Virus record (IMG/VR): IMGVR_UViG_2974574029_000001
Location: 31,424 to 95,423 of that record
DNA length: 64,000 nt
Direction: 5' to 3' (one strand)
Source: a virus
Taxonomy: Duplodnaviria > Heunggongvirae > Uroviricota > Caudoviricetes
A program made the position numbers and the translations under genes. The notes below the pieces were generated by a model. The model did no database searches. It was not told the origin of the DNA and saw nothing but the letters and a program-made list of their open reading frames with translations. Shown here piece after piece: positions 29,861-40,111 of this stretch. The first letter of the stretch is position 1; every line of letters begins with the position of its first letter.

Positions 29861-30168
29861 TTCTCGTGAAAATCATACTCTATCTCAGCAGCCTTACGTG
29901 CATTAATTGCAGAGTCCTTATCCTTGAAGTTACCGAGATGGACTAGCGTCCCATCAACTCCTATAGACGCCACCCAACAGTCGTCCCTTTTATGATAATG
30001 CACACCAGAAACACCTGATAGGTTGTTTTTCATCTTGGATTTGTTTTTACAATTGTCCTTTTTGGTTACCAAACGTAGATTCTCAAATCTGTTGTCCCAC
30101 CGCACATGGTTTATGTGGTCTATTTCAAATCCGGCAGGTATTTCTCCTTTATGGACCATCCAGGCCAC
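29848..30168 (-). CDS. HNH endonuclease with AP2 domain
   Basis: EIDHINHVRWDNRFENLRLV (HNH) plus GVHYHKRDDCWVASIGVDGTLVHLGNFKDKDSA (AP2). Confidence 0.55.
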   Translation of the reverse strand: MAWMVHKGEIPAGFEIDHINHVRWDNRFENLRLVTKKDNCKNKSKMKNNLSGVSGVHYHKRDDCWVASIGVDGTLVHLGNFKDKDSAINARKAAEIEYDFHENCGL

Positions 30169-30327
30169 CCTGTGTGCCAGGTCCTTTATGCCATTGGCAG
30201 AAACTGAGATGTACCTTTCTTGGTTTTGTAACCTGCTGGGGATCCAATTTTAGATCTTTTTCCAGACCTGATTTTCCACAAAAGTTCGCCAGTTGAGGGA
30301 TTGTAATCAAAATAACGCTTCCAATGG

Positions 30328-30816
30328 TCAATCATCTAAATACTCGTCCAAATACCGGACATCCAATTCCCACTTTTCGCGCTTGCTTCGTTCATGATAC
30401 AAATCAAACGCTTCCTTAACATATTTCTCTGCCACATGGCGACTCACTTCATTCACTCTCATAAAGTGACGAAGGGCAATTTCACCACGCCCACGGATCC
30501 CTGCCAAACCAATATGCTTGACTTCATGACAGGAAGGACATAGCGCGATTAGACCTATCAGAGTTATCTTACCGTCTCCGAAATTCCACCTCTCATGGCA
30601 TTCAACAGGGTGTTTTGTTCCTTTACCCCCGCAGATTTCACATCGATAATTGGCCTTCTCATAACACTTCTTTCTGACAACATCCCACTGGGCTTTTGGG
30701 AGGCGAGATCGGAGATTAGTAAACCACGCGGTCTTTGGAACCAGTTCAATCTCTAATTTCAAATCACCTCCACGTTGCAGCAACAACAATATCAATAGCT
30801 CGTTCCCAGCATTCAC
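30328..30816 (-). CDS. HNH endonuclease
   Basis: CEICGGKGTKHPVECHERWNF...ALCPSCHEVKH. Confidence 0.5.
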   Translation of the reverse strand: MNAGNELLILLLLQRGGDLKLEIELVPKTAWFTNLRSRLPKAQWDVVRKKCYEKANYRCEICGGKGTKHPVECHERWNFGDGKITLIGLIALCPSCHEVKHIGLAGIRGRGEIALRHFMRVNEVSRHVAEKYVKEAFDLYHERSKREKWELDVRYLDEYLDD

Positions 30817-31318
30817 CGAGAAGATTCAAACCACGCCAGTTGGCGGGGTCATCGATACGTGTGTCATATTCGTTTAACTTAACACCCCATATGGCATCAT
30901 AAGGGGAGGCCTCTACAAACTTACGCCCAGCATCCCGATGTCCAATAGCTGCTTCGAGAACAGACCTGTTGGCCTTCATTTTCAATACAAGACCTGAAGT
31001 CACAATATCCATTCTATTCTCTTCCCAGACGCTGTTGTCGAAACCTTTTACCTGACGACCAAGAGCTTTGGCTTCATTAGGGTTATCAACCGTAGCGATT
31101 CGAGAAGCAATTTCTTTGTCATCGAAGAGCATTGCCTTCTGGAACATCATGTAATGTTCTACAGTGAAAAACTCGTAACCACCACAACGAATAGGAATAA
31201 CCTGTCGGTAGTGATTACTGAACATATCCCGGTAAGTGAAGAAAAAGACGTATTTATCAGTTACTCGCATCATTGCCTCAATGAAATGTTTTCTTACTTG
31301 GACAAGAACCCGCGCCAT
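30764..31318 (-). CDS. NADAR (YbiA/DUF1768) domain protein
   Basis: FFTVEHYMMFQKAMLFDD ... ASPYDAIWGVKL ... NLLGECW follow the conserved NADAR pattern. Confidence 0.5.
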   Translation of the reverse strand: MARVLVQVRKHFIEAMMRVTDKYVFFFTYRDMFSNHYRQVIPIRCGGYEFFTVEHYMMFQKAMLFDDKEIASRIATVDNPNEAKALGRQVKGFDNSVWEENRMDIVTSGLVLKMKANRSVLEAAIGHRDAGRKFVEASPYDAIWGVKLNEYDTRIDDPANWRGLNLLGECWERAIDIVVAATWR

Positions 31319-31472
31319 CTTTTGTTACAGTCTCTGTTCGATGACCGTCGCTGTAGACGCAGACCTTAGAGCTTCCGTTGGTATACTCATCAACCAAATC
31401 AAGAGTGTTTACAGTTGCGAATACCGGAGAAGAGAGCAGCAATGCTGCGATAAGAATTTTTGTGCGGATCAT
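31278..31472 (-). CDS. small secreted protein with signal peptide
   Basis: Start at MIRTKILIAALLLSSPVFA (GGAG RBS); two Cys. Confidence 0.35.
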   Translation of the reverse strand: MIRTKILIAALLLSSPVFATVNTLDLVDEYTNGSSKVCVYSDGHRTETVTKDGAGSCPSKKTFH

Positions 31473-31535
31473 TGTGTATCTCCTTTTGTAAGTAGAGACC
31501 CGATGATAGTCTATCACCGGGCCTTTTGTCAACTC

Positions 31536-32426
31536 TTACTTACCTGCTGGTAAGGTAACGAATGGGGTCTGGGAACCACTGGTCATGTAGACTGGGGTCA
31601 CACCGTTCCACTTGTTGATCGCTTCCAGTTGCATAATTTCTGGGTTTTTTCGGAGAGAATCACCACGCAGTTGGATAGATTCTGCTTCGCCTTTTGCCAG
31701 TGCTACTTTAGCATCTGCTTCACCCTGAGCTTGCAGTCGCTTAGATTCAGCTTCACCGCGAGCGGCTTCGATCTGTTTCTGAGCTTCAGCCTTGGTCTGC
31801 TGGATTTCGTTTTCACGCAGCAGCGCTTTCTGAGTCGCTTCGATCTTAGCGTTGATGGACGCAGTTACCTGAGGAGGATAACCAAGGTCATCAGTGTAAG
31901 ACAGTTTCACAATAACGATACCTACCGGGTCAAGTTTCTGCTTCAGGGTCTTGGTCACTCGGTCTAGAAGCTGAGATTTGCCATCACCAGCCAGTGTACC
32001 AATGTCCATTGTACCCGCTTCCTTGATCAACGCATCAGAGATATTCTGACGAATGTTGACATCGGTAATCTCCTGGACGCCTTTACGGTAGGTCTGGAAG
32101 ATCTTGGTAACCTTAGAGCGGTCAACGTAATACTCAACACCGATCTTCGCAGTAACCGTCATAGAATCTTTGGTCTGGAAGTTAAACGGTTGTTCGTAGT
32201 TGTTCAACTGGTTGAACGTCGGGAACTGATAGATCTCTTCGTTCCAGGTTAACCAATACTTACCAACGCCCACTTCTTGCTGCTGAACGCCTTTCTCATC
32301 ACCATACAGGTCAACCTTAACACCCACATAACCCGCCGGAACAGTTGCACGTTCACAACCAGTCAGACCAATTGCACTCAGGGCGATCAGGCCAGCAAAT
32401 ACTACGCGTTTGATATTCTTAAGCAT
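31536..32426 (-). CDS. SPFH/band-7 family lipoprotein
   Basis: Lipobox IGLTGC after the signal peptide; prohibitin/HflC-like core followed by a coiled-coil QKALLRENEIQQTKAEAQKQIEAARGEAESKRLQAQ. Confidence 0.5.
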   Translation of the reverse strand: MLKNIKRVVFAGLIALSAIGLTGCERATVPAGYVGVKVDLYGDEKGVQQQEVGVGKYWLTWNEEIYQFPTFNQLNNYEQPFNFQTKDSMTVTAKIGVEYYVDRSKVTKIFQTYRKGVQEITDVNIRQNISDALIKEAGTMDIGTLAGDGKSQLLDRVTKTLKQKLDPVGIVIVKLSYTDDLGYPPQVTASINAKIEATQKALLRENEIQQTKAEAQKQIEAARGEAESKRLQAQGEADAKVALAKGEAESIQLRGDSLRKNPEIMQLEAINKWNGVTPVYMTSGSQTPFVTLPAGK

Positions 32427-32582
32427 TAGTTTGTTTCTCCTCTTTGATTTTATACTCAGTCTTTACGTTTTCATCAACGTGGTCATCTACGATTTTTGCA
32501 ACATAAGATGCCGCAGACTTACCTTTGGACTTTGCCAAGTGCTGCAACTTTTCCCAAGTTGCCGCCTTCAGATTTAGCAACA

Positions 32583-32783
32583 TTATCGATCTCCTTCAGC
32601 GCTTGTCTTCGGAATGAAGACCTTACGCAACCAGTACCATACGACAACCGGGGCAGTGAAGACTAAGGCAAACCCGCCAATAACACTGATTGTATCTTTG
32701 GCAGAAACCAGAGTTGGAACACCAAACCCGAATACGACGCAGATGAATACAAATAGGCCAACACCATTAAGGTAGTATTTCAT
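32583..32783 (-). CDS. small membrane protein
   Basis: 66 aa with two TM segments. Confidence 0.3.
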   Translation of the reverse strand: MKYYLNGVGLFVFICVVFGFGVPTLVSAKDTISVIGGFALVFTAPVVVWYWLRKVFIPKTSAEGDR

Positions 32784-33142
32784 TATTCAGTGTCCTCAGC
32801 ACCATCATCGGCTTCAGTCTGTGCAACATTTGGGGTTCCACGACCAAACAGAATATCTGCCTCGGTGAAGACTTCTTTTTCTGCCTCTAATGCAGCAGTT
32901 TTCTTTTCGGCTTCGAAGCGAACATCATACTCGCGCTTCACCAGACTATTGAAGAATTTTGGAGAGATATTATGCGTTTCTTTCTCCACAGAGCGAATAT
33001 CTTTGATCTGGTCTTTCAGATCAGCGATTTGACGCTGGAGATCAACCACTTCAGTTACGCTATCTTTTAGGCGTTTACGCTGAACCGGGTCAGACGGAAG
33101 AGAGGTGATCAGTTCGATTTTGATTTTTGGCATACGTGGCAT
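32783..33142 (-). CDS. coiled-coil protein
   Basis: 119-aa ORF. Confidence 0.3.
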   Translation of the reverse strand: MPRMPKIKIELITSLPSDPVQRKRLKDSVTEVVDLQRQIADLKDQIKDIRSVEKETHNISPKFFNSLVKREYDVRFEAEKKTAALEAEKEVFTEADILFGRGTPNVAQTEADDGAEDTE

Positions 33143-33204
33143 ATATTGCTCCTTTGTTTGGTTTAGTGTGGTCAGTATAACCGTTCAGTTTTATTTGTCA
33201 AGCT

Positions 33205-33489
33205 TCAATTGTCAATGCCGACAATTTTTCCGCCCATCCTCTCGATCTGGTTGACATGAGATACCAGTGTGCCGAGTGTGCATTCATAAGCGTATTTCTT
33301 TACGCCGCCCCAACGACGCTTCATCGTGAAGCGGATAACATGACGGGAAGATGCCCCGCGATTCATGATGGTCATTTTAAGGCGTTTAGCCAAGGCAATA
33401 ATTTCAGAATAATCAATATTTTCTTCCACTTCTTTCTCCTTTTTTCTTGATGGGGTCATTATACAGACCCCGATACGATTGTCAAACAA
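33205..33489 (-). CDS. hypothetical protein
   Basis: 94-aa ORF. Confidence 0.3.
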   Translation of the reverse strand: MFDNRIGVCIMTPSRKKEKEVEENIDYSEIIALAKRLKMTIMNRGASSRHVIRFTMKRRWGGVKKYAYECTLGTLVSHVNQIERMGGKIVGIDN

Positions 33490-34147
33490 TAATGTTTGGT
33501 TTTTTGAAAGTCCCGGGCTTCATGATTTTACCGCCTTTGTCGAAGAATACCACGCGGTCTTCTTGGCCCAAAACACCTTTAACAATACTGAAGTGAACAC
33601 CTTCATAACGACCATTGTTACGCTCCTCAATACAAGCACATTCTGCCTCAAGTGCCTCTACCAAGTCAAGATCTTTATGCAAAGACCGGACTTCGGTCAC
33701 AGTTGGGTATTTAGAATCGTTAGACTCCAGAACGCTACTCATGTTCTTATCCAATTGCATATCAAGACTAAACAGAAGAGCCGTGCTCAGTTTGAGCATT
33801 TCTTCATAATCTTCATTCGCAAAAGCATCAAAAGCTTTACCAGGAGAAAACTTAAGATCAGGATTATAGGTTAAGGATAGCGAATAGTTATTACTCAACC
33901 AATAAGCATACGACGCCACAACAAACAAGTCACACGCTCCATCAACAACTTCCTTACGGTCATTTTCGATTAATGCTGTAACGGTTTCTTGTAACTCCTC
34001 CCCTACAAACTCCCACTGCTTTTCCAATGGGGTAAATTCACCCTTTGCAGAGGCTGCGATAGAATTCCAATCTACAACATGTTTCGCATACTTAACAAGA
34101 GAGGTTGGGCGCAGCATAGCATTCAGAGTGTCATAAGCTTCTTTCAT
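33482..34147 (-). CDS. MazG-like nucleotide pyrophosphohydrolase (putative)
   Basis: FVGEELQETVTALIENDRKEVVDGACDLFVV resembles the EExxE...D MazG helix pair. Confidence 0.35.
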   Translation of the reverse strand: MKEAYDTLNAMLRPTSLVKYAKHVVDWNSIAASAKGEFTPLEKQWEFVGEELQETVTALIENDRKEVVDGACDLFVVASYAYWLSNNYSLSLTYNPDLKFSPGKAFDAFANEDYEEMLKLSTALLFSLDMQLDKNMSSVLESNDSKYPTVTEVRSLHKDLDLVEALEAECACIEERNNGRYEGVHFSIVKGVLGQEDRVVFFDKGGKIMKPGTFKKPNIIV

Positions 34148-34155
34148 TAAGTCTC

Positions 34156-34434
34156 CTAAATTGTTTTTTCAAAAACACCATCGATGGCGTATTTAATTTT
34201 TTCCCAAGTTTCTTTATCGAAACCTACCATACCACGCTGCTCATAGCCTTGGCGAGAACGGTTGTCATAATGAGCTAACTCATTGTAAGAAAGATTAACT
34301 GAACCGGGTAGGTCAGGATCTGGACGAATTGACCATCTATAGTTGTCGTTCATCGCAGAATCGTAGATATGCGCTTCAAAATCTACAGTATTTTCTTTAA
34401 TTTGATGCATCACCATCTCCTTGCGGTTGATCAC
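34156..34434 (-). CDS. hypothetical protein
   Basis: 92-aa ORF. Confidence 0.3.
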   Translation of the reverse strand: MINRKEMVMHQIKENTVDFEAHIYDSAMNDNYRWSIRPDPDLPGSVNLSYNELAHYDNRSRQGYEQRGMVGFDKETWEKIKYAIDGVFEKTI

Positions 34435-34747
34435 GACTGATACCTAAAGGTAGCCATGCCCCTGTCTTGCTTTTATACAGGCAGGTTGATTTGTACCATG
34501 AATAACTGGTCTCTGTATTCGCGGCCCAGCCGTCGAACTGACAAGTCATAGTATGCCATAATGGGGCAGTAAGGGCCAGCGTAACAAGGCCCATAACAAA
34601 TACCCAGATGACCAGCAGACGTTTAACCTTTCCAGCAACCCAGTCAAAGAAATCATCCAGCTTATCTTTTCGGAATCTGTAAGCGGCATAAATGCCGCCT
34701 CCTGTTACAAATGATGCGCCTAGTAGCGCTAGCCAATACCAGATCAT
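34397..34747 (-). CDS. membrane protein
   Basis: 116 aa with 3 hydrophobic helices. Confidence 0.3.
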   Translation of the reverse strand: MIWYWLALLGASFVTGGGIYAAYRFRKDKLDDFFDWVAGKVKRLLVIWVFVMGLVTLALTAPLWHTMTCQFDGWAANTETSYSWYKSTCLYKSKTGAWLPLGISRDQPQGDGDASN

Positions 34748-34762
34748 TTTACTGTGCCTTTG

Positions 34763-35077
34763 TTACGATAATTTGAGTATCAGGCGCACAGGGATTTGGG
34801 AACCATCGCCGAGAGACAGGATAACATCCTCCCCCATCGCACCAGTATTAGTTACGGTATAAACCTTTCCGCAAAACATGATCTCATCACCCTTACGGAT
34901 TGCTTTAGCTGGATAGTTTCCAGGTTCCCGATCAGTGTCTTCCAGAGGGTCATATGTTGCATGGAAAATTTCTGATTTGCAAGGATAGAATTCTCCAGCC
35001 ACCCCTTTAATTACATAATCCCCAGCAGAGGCTACAACCACCCCCTCTAGGTTTTTATCTCTACAGTACGACCACAA
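34763..35077 (-). CDS. hypothetical protein
   Basis: 104-aa ORF. Confidence 0.3.
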   Translation of the reverse strand: MWSYCRDKNLEGVVVASAGDYVIKGVAGEFYPCKSEIFHATYDPLEDTDREPGNYPAKAIRKGDEIMFCGKVYTVTNTGAMGEDVILSLGDGSQIPVRLILKLS

Positions 35078-35207
35078 TCACGAGTGTGGATTTCGGAATC
35101 CTTCCACACACCAGTTTCCATCCAATTATGGATCTGCCCTGCGCTGGTTGACGATCCGTCAAACTTATGTGCTTCAACCTCTACAGGTTTTTTACGATAA
35201 AATCCCA

Positions 35208-35744
35208 TTATATCTCCTTTGTCTGTCTATTGTTTTCTATATCTTCTAAAATCCTATTTGCTGCGTTTACAATGTATGCTCTAATTGGGTCATCATACCT
35301 TAAAGAAAGATTACATGCTGCCTGATATTTTCTATTTTGCCAAGCCTTATGAGCATCCATTGCTGTCTCATAGCTTCCAATATACTCTGTCTTAACAGAG
35401 TCCTTAATCTTTGCTGTATAAGGTTTTACACATTTACCGCTTTGCAAACCAACCCCGTGGGGCAAGTGAGAACCTCTACCGCCAATCGCTAAAAAAGAGT
35501 TAAGTTCTGAATCAATCAAAACACAAGTTTCTGGACTGTACAATTTGTTACCCCTGAACAAAAGGTCTTTATCAATAACCTGTGTTCCATCAAATCCAGA
35601 ACCTACTAACCAAGCCTTAAAGATAGAAAATGTTTTCCATTCTTCACAAACAGAGCATCCAATGTAGGAAGGGTTGTTTGCATGAAAGCTTTCAGAATAG
35701 CATCTTTTAAGGATGTCTTTCCATCTTGAGTAATAGACATCCAT
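35208..35744 (-). CDS. hypothetical protein
   Basis: 178-aa ORF. Confidence 0.3.
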   Translation of the reverse strand: MDVYYSRWKDILKRCYSESFHANNPSYIGCSVCEEWKTFSIFKAWLVGSGFDGTQVIDKDLLFRGNKLYSPETCVLIDSELNSFLAIGGRGSHLPHGVGLQSGKCVKPYTAKIKDSVKTEYIGSYETAMDAHKAWQNRKYQAACNLSLRYDDPIRAYIVNAANRILEDIENNRQTKEI

Positions 35745-35799
35745 GTTTCCATTTGAGTAGACTGGTGTAGAAGAATCATTTATACCGACATTATATACG

Positions 35800-37101
35800 C
35801 TAATAAGTAGGTTCCCATGTTAATGTATCTAGTTCACGAACGCTTTGACCGACAGGGAACTGAGGTACACCATCATCAGTTCTGGCCTGGAACGTGAAGT
35901 TAATAAACTTGTCCACCAGTAGCAGCATTCGTTCCTGAGAGCGCTCTGCGTGGGTTCCCTTCATTTTACAGTTGAATCGTGTTCCGTCCTGTTCTTCACA
36001 AAGCAGAACACCCTCGCCATTTTTGTCCTCTACAGAATCAAGGACTTTGGCCTCACCGTCCTGGAACAGCTTCCATTTCTGGAGATCAGAGGATCGTTGC
36101 CCGAATTCATAGACACCTTTGAAGTTTCGGATGATCGACCCTTCAAAACCTTGTTCCATGTATTTACCGATAGACCACTTAACTTCTCTCTCAGAAGTAA
36201 CAACGATACCAGCGATAACTTTTACCAATGGAACGTTGAGTTCGCACTCGACAGCATCAGTAACAGCCAGAAGGTCTTGGTGTCTGGTCTTATCGTGTTC
36301 CGTAGAATACCAAGGACTACCTGCATTCACAGGAATGTCGAAGATATGATATTCCAGGTCAAGACTTGAATAACCGCCATAACGATCAACATCTTTAACT
36401 GGTTCAATTGCGACGGAATAAACCTCACCATCATGATCTTTCCAGCTTTCTTCCCCATTGTCAACAGCTTTCTGATGACGCTTCAGGTCAGACTGATAAT
36501 CCTTTTCGATCTCATCTTCAATCTGCTCAGGTGTACGCCACTTCTTAGCAAGAGCAACAATTTTCTGTAGGCTAAGACCATGAATGTACAGCTCCCCATC
36601 AAATTTGTCAAACCCGGAATGTTCAGAAAGGGATCTGACCTGTTCAGACAACTCAGAATCAAGCGGTACAGGATACAGTTTGTTACCACGGCTATTGAAT
36701 TGTGGGAAGCCATCTGCATCAAGAGTAACCAGAGCACGTACACCATCTAGCTTAGGCTGCACGTATGCAGGATAAACTATTGATTTTGAACGTTTAATTG
36801 CGTCATGGGCCAGCATTGGGGAGAAGTTCTCTTCCTGCTCAAGCTTGCTTGTATCGTCACGATATCCAAGGCGAACCTGTTTCTCCCATTTGGAAACCGC
36901 CTCAGCCAATGCCTGCTGTTCTGCGGTGGTTTCGTTAGAACGTCCAACGTTCTTCGGTTCACAGGTGGTAACCTTTTGTTGCTTCTTACCACCAACCTTG
37001 CCAAACTCTACAACTACCTGATTACCAGCAATAAACACCTTCCAACACTGGAAAGAACCATCTTTATTAAGGGCGTACAGTGTACTGTTTACTTGTTGCA
37101 T
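35800..37101 (-). CDS. ATP-dependent DNA ligase
   Basis: Adenylation motif I YVQPKLDGVRALV (KxDGxR); 433 aa with an N-terminal extension. Confidence 0.65.
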   Translation of the reverse strand: MQQVNSTLYALNKDGSFQCWKVFIAGNQVVVEFGKVGGKKQQKVTTCEPKNVGRSNETTAEQQALAEAVSKWEKQVRLGYRDDTSKLEQEENFSPMLAHDAIKRSKSIVYPAYVQPKLDGVRALVTLDADGFPQFNSRGNKLYPVPLDSELSEQVRSLSEHSGFDKFDGELYIHGLSLQKIVALAKKWRTPEQIEDEIEKDYQSDLKRHQKAVDNGEESWKDHDGEVYSVAIEPVKDVDRYGGYSSLDLEYHIFDIPVNAGSPWYSTEHDKTRHQDLLAVTDAVECELNVPLVKVIAGIVVTSEREVKWSIGKYMEQGFEGSIIRNFKGVYEFGQRSSDLQKWKLFQDGEAKVLDSVEDKNGEGVLLCEEQDGTRFNCKMKGTHAERSQERMLLLVDKFINFTFQARTDDGVPQFPVGQSVRELDTLTWEPTY

Positions 37102-37877
37102 TATTTCTCCTTGCTTTGCAATGGTGTCTTACCTTCAAGGTGATTCTCAACCATCTTGATAAGGCCGGGATTATTAAAGGCATCAACAGCTCCGGTACGA
37201 TATACAAGAACACCCGCATTCTCATATATCATTTGTTCATCATACTTAATAGCAGGATTGACAACAACAACTTTAGTCCCCCGCACAACCGCAGGGAACA
37301 ACTCCCAGTTGAAGTTGATTACCGTGTTTGAGCAACCAACAACAATTACAAGATCTTGGTTTGTCAAGGACTCTAAGGTATCATACATAGGTCCATACGC
37401 CGGGGCATTTTCACCAAAGAAAATTACGTTTGGTTTACACCAATCATAATCATCAGGATCAATTTGGTCGTAACCAATATCGACAACCTTTATCTTCTTG
37501 GTGAAAGCATCTTTAATAAGGATCTCTTTCAGATAACCATGTATGTAAAGAGTATCTTCTTTATGGACACCAGCACGTTCCAGAAGGTCATCAACGTTAG
37601 TCGTCATGTTAACAACCTGCCCAGGATAACGTTTGTACCACTCAGCCACGCGAAGATGCGCCGCATTCGGATGTACCGTTGGTAACTCTGCACGACGCTT
37701 GTTATAAAACATGTGCGTTTTATGGTAGAAGTTACCACGGAAGGCGTGTATGTTACAAACCTCCTCAAGGTCGTATTCATCCCACAGAGCTTTACCGGAG
37801 TCAGTATCTGTACGGAATGTACGGACACCACTCTCGGCAGAGAAACCAGCGCCACTAATAACAATTAAACGCCTCAA
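37101..37877 (-). CDS. Sir2-family (sirtuin) NAD-dependent protein deacylase-like
   Basis: ISGAGFSAESGVRTFR (GAGISxxSGIxxFR), HPNAAHLRVAEW, NVDDLLERAGV...IHG. Confidence 0.6.
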   Translation of the reverse strand: MRRLIVISGAGFSAESGVRTFRTDTDSGKALWDEYDLEEVCNIHAFRGNFYHKTHMFYNKRRAELPTVHPNAAHLRVAEWYKRYPGQVVNMTTNVDDLLERAGVHKEDTLYIHGYLKEILIKDAFTKKIKVVDIGYDQIDPDDYDWCKPNVIFFGENAPAYGPMYDTLESLTNQDLVIVVGCSNTVINFNWELFPAVVRGTKVVVVNPAIKYDEQMIYENAGVLVYRTGAVDAFNNPGLIKMVENHLEGKTPLQSKEK

Positions 37878-37887
37878 TTATTTCCTC

Positions 37888-38292
37888 CTACTGTAATTTC
37901 AATGAGTTACGCAGACGACGCTCTTGAGCATCACGGGTTTCCTGCGGAACGCTGTGGACAGAATCATTGCCATGTCTGTTTTCAATGACCAAACTGAAAA
38001 CAGAATAACCAAACTCCTCAGCCATATCGATATAAGGTTGGATCTCCTTCAGGCTCGTATTTGTGTTAGAAACAATGATCCTATCAAAACCATAAGACAT
38101 TGCACCCCTGGCCTTTTCTTTGCACCATGCATGGGCTGCTGCCTGGTTTTCAGCTTTCCAGTTGTAGTCACCATTCTGGTAATGGTACGAGTCTGCCTCA
38201 CACACAGGCCACAACGAGTTTTCAGAAAGCGCATCTGCTACAGTTGACTTTCCTGCACCGGATACTCCACGAAGAATGTATAACTCTTTCAT
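37888..38292 (-). CDS. P-loop kinase, polynucleotide kinase (Pnk)-like
   Basis: MKELYILRGVSGAGKSTVADAL resembles the T4 Pnk kinase N-terminus. Confidence 0.4.
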   Translation of the reverse strand: MKELYILRGVSGAGKSTVADALSENSLWPVCEADSYHYQNGDYNWKAENQAAAHAWCKEKARGAMSYGFDRIIVSNTNTSLKEIQPYIDMAEEFGYSVFSLVIENRHGNDSVHSVPQETRDAQERRLRNSLKLQ

Positions 38293-38301
38293 TGCCTCTC
38301 C

Positions 38302-38646
38302 TCAGTAATTGTTTCTCAAGATCGTGATACGATACTTTAAGAAGCTCTCTTTTGCAAGCATGAACTTTTGTGCAGCAGAAGGATTAGACGTGTGGACATA
38401 AAGTTTAGCATCATGCACAGGAAGTTTCCCATACACAAGCTTCTCCTCCAAGGCCAACAAACAGTCATAACCTTCCTTTTCTGAATCTTCGCCCAAGTCA
38501 TTATCGAAATGCCACTCTGTGACATAACGATAGAACTTTGACCGATTATCAAGAAAGTCCATAAATTTCTGAGAGGTCTTGAACCACAACGCATCAGGAT
38601 ACCCGTAGTCTTTTGGATCTCTCAGATCATCAAGCCAGATGATCAC
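38302..38646 (-). CDS. hypothetical protein
   Basis: 114-aa ORF. Confidence 0.3.
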   Translation of the reverse strand: MIIWLDDLRDPKDYGYPDALWFKTSQKFMDFLDNRSKFYRYVTEWHFDNDLGEDSEKEGYDCLLALEEKLVYGKLPVHDAKLYVHTSNPSAAQKFMLAKESFLKYRITILRNNY

Positions 38647-39605
38647 TTTGTCACCCCAACATAAAAACGGCTACCACGGTCAAACATGTCTTCGATTGTA
38701 AAGTAATCTTCGACCACCTGACGGCGTTTTTGAGAATCCATCGCAGCCCACGTATCTTTAGAGTAATACTCACGGATATGATCCAGCAACTCATAATACT
38801 CTTCGTCAATACGCTGCTTGGCGTTCTGAGGGTTATCCCAGATCATGTCCCACTTGTTCTGGCTACCACGCATCAGGAACTTCTTCGCCAGGTAATGTGG
38901 AGACTTGATTTTCAGCAATAACTCATTGGTATCAACATCACGAACAACAAACCCTTCATGATTAACCGACTGAGAGGCCTTAACAACATCGCTGAATAGC
39001 ATATTATCCCAGCCAGCACGTTTCCAGCCATATCGATCTGCAACCTTATCAAGGTCCCATTCTGGGAGCATACCACCGCTCAAGTGGACACGGCAACCGA
39101 TCAGGTAAGCCCCAGCTTCTTCCGCAACAATGTGTGGGTCACTATCGTCACAGATTTCGAAGATAAGTGTGCATGGGCCAGCATTTTTCACGAAATAGTC
39201 CAGCATCCCGTCATGCATTGCTGAGGTGATCTTGTCTTTTGCCATTTGTGCAAATTCAGAGTCGAGTGTTCCGGTGGTAGATACAATCACCCCACCTTTG
39301 TAAACACTCATCGCTGCCATAAAGCCATTAACTTTACGAGGTACGCACACCAACTGGTCCTGTGGGACATCAGTTCCATTCTCGAAGTGGTTGAAAATCT
39401 TCGTGAAAGGCCAGATAACAACGTTGTCTTCTGCATCAACAACCATACCACGGCACTCTAACAGACGTGCGTCAGTATGCCACAGGTTATCCCAGAACAC
39501 ATTGTTCTTATACTTAAGCACAGACAGGCCCGCGAACGGGCCTTCGGTGTAAGTCTTTTTGGTTACCAGATTTTTAGCGACCAGATCGTCTACGTTGAAT
39601 TTCAT
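38643..39605 (-). CDS. RNA ligase-like nucleotidyltransferase (Rnl family)
   Basis: Motif I PRKVNGFMA (KxNG), motif IV HEGFVVRD (EGxV), motif V LKIKSPHY (KxK) in correct order and spacing. The separate DNA ligase at 35800 suggests this one is an RNA ligase. Confidence 0.45.
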   Translation of the reverse strand: MKFNVDDLVAKNLVTKKTYTEGPFAGLSVLKYKNNVFWDNLWHTDARLLECRGMVVDAEDNVVIWPFTKIFNHFENGTDVPQDQLVCVPRKVNGFMAAMSVYKGGVIVSTTGTLDSEFAQMAKDKITSAMHDGMLDYFVKNAGPCTLIFEICDDSDPHIVAEEAGAYLIGCRVHLSGGMLPEWDLDKVADRYGWKRAGWDNMLFSDVVKASQSVNHEGFVVRDVDTNELLLKIKSPHYLAKKFLMRGSQNKWDMIWDNPQNAKQRIDEEYYELLDHIREYYSKDTWAAMDSQKRRQVVEDYFTIEDMFDRGSRFYVGVTK

Positions 39606-39813
39606 TTTCTCTCCTCAATCTGAGACTTTTAAGTATTTTTAGCAGTTCTTTTTGTGCCAATTTCATTTCTTGATAGTCATCATAAATGCTCAGATCAAGC
39701 ATGTCAACATAATCTTCAAGCTCTGAGATTAAAAACGCGACATTACCCAATTGATCAAGATCTTTTTTCATAGCCTTCCGCCTGGTAATAGGTTGTATTG
39801 TACGGAGTTTCAA
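39574..39813 (-). CDS. hypothetical protein
   Basis: 79-aa ORF. Confidence 0.25.
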   Translation of the reverse strand: MKLRTIQPITRRKAMKKDLDQLGNVAFLISELEDYVDMLDLSIYDDYQEMKLAQKELLKILKSLRLRRENEIQRRRSGR

Positions 39814-40111
39814 TGCTGAAACTGACCTGGCAGAGTTCCTGAGCTAAAAATTTAGCAAGTTCAACCGCCATTTCAAGGATTTCATGCTCAGGACGCTCAA
39901 AACGAGGATACTGTATAATACGTACCGTCATACCTCGTTCAGAGCCGCCAGTATAGATGTAATCACACCAGGCTAGTTGCACACAAGCACCACGCATAGT
40001 CCATTGACGGAGCAATGGTCTTGCTGACTCCAGATCTCCAGCAATGTGGATCGTGGCATAAAAAGACTTAGATGTTTTCTTAGGTAAGAAATTACGTACT
40101 TTGTTGTGCAT
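39755..40111 (-). CDS. hypothetical protein
   Basis: 118-aa ORF. Confidence 0.3.
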   Translation of the reverse strand: MHNKVRNFLPKKTSKSFYATIHIAGDLESARPLLRQWTMRGACVQLAWCDYIYTGGSERGMTVRIIQYPRFERPEHEILEMAVELAKFLAQELCQVSFSIETPYNTTYYQAEGYEKRS

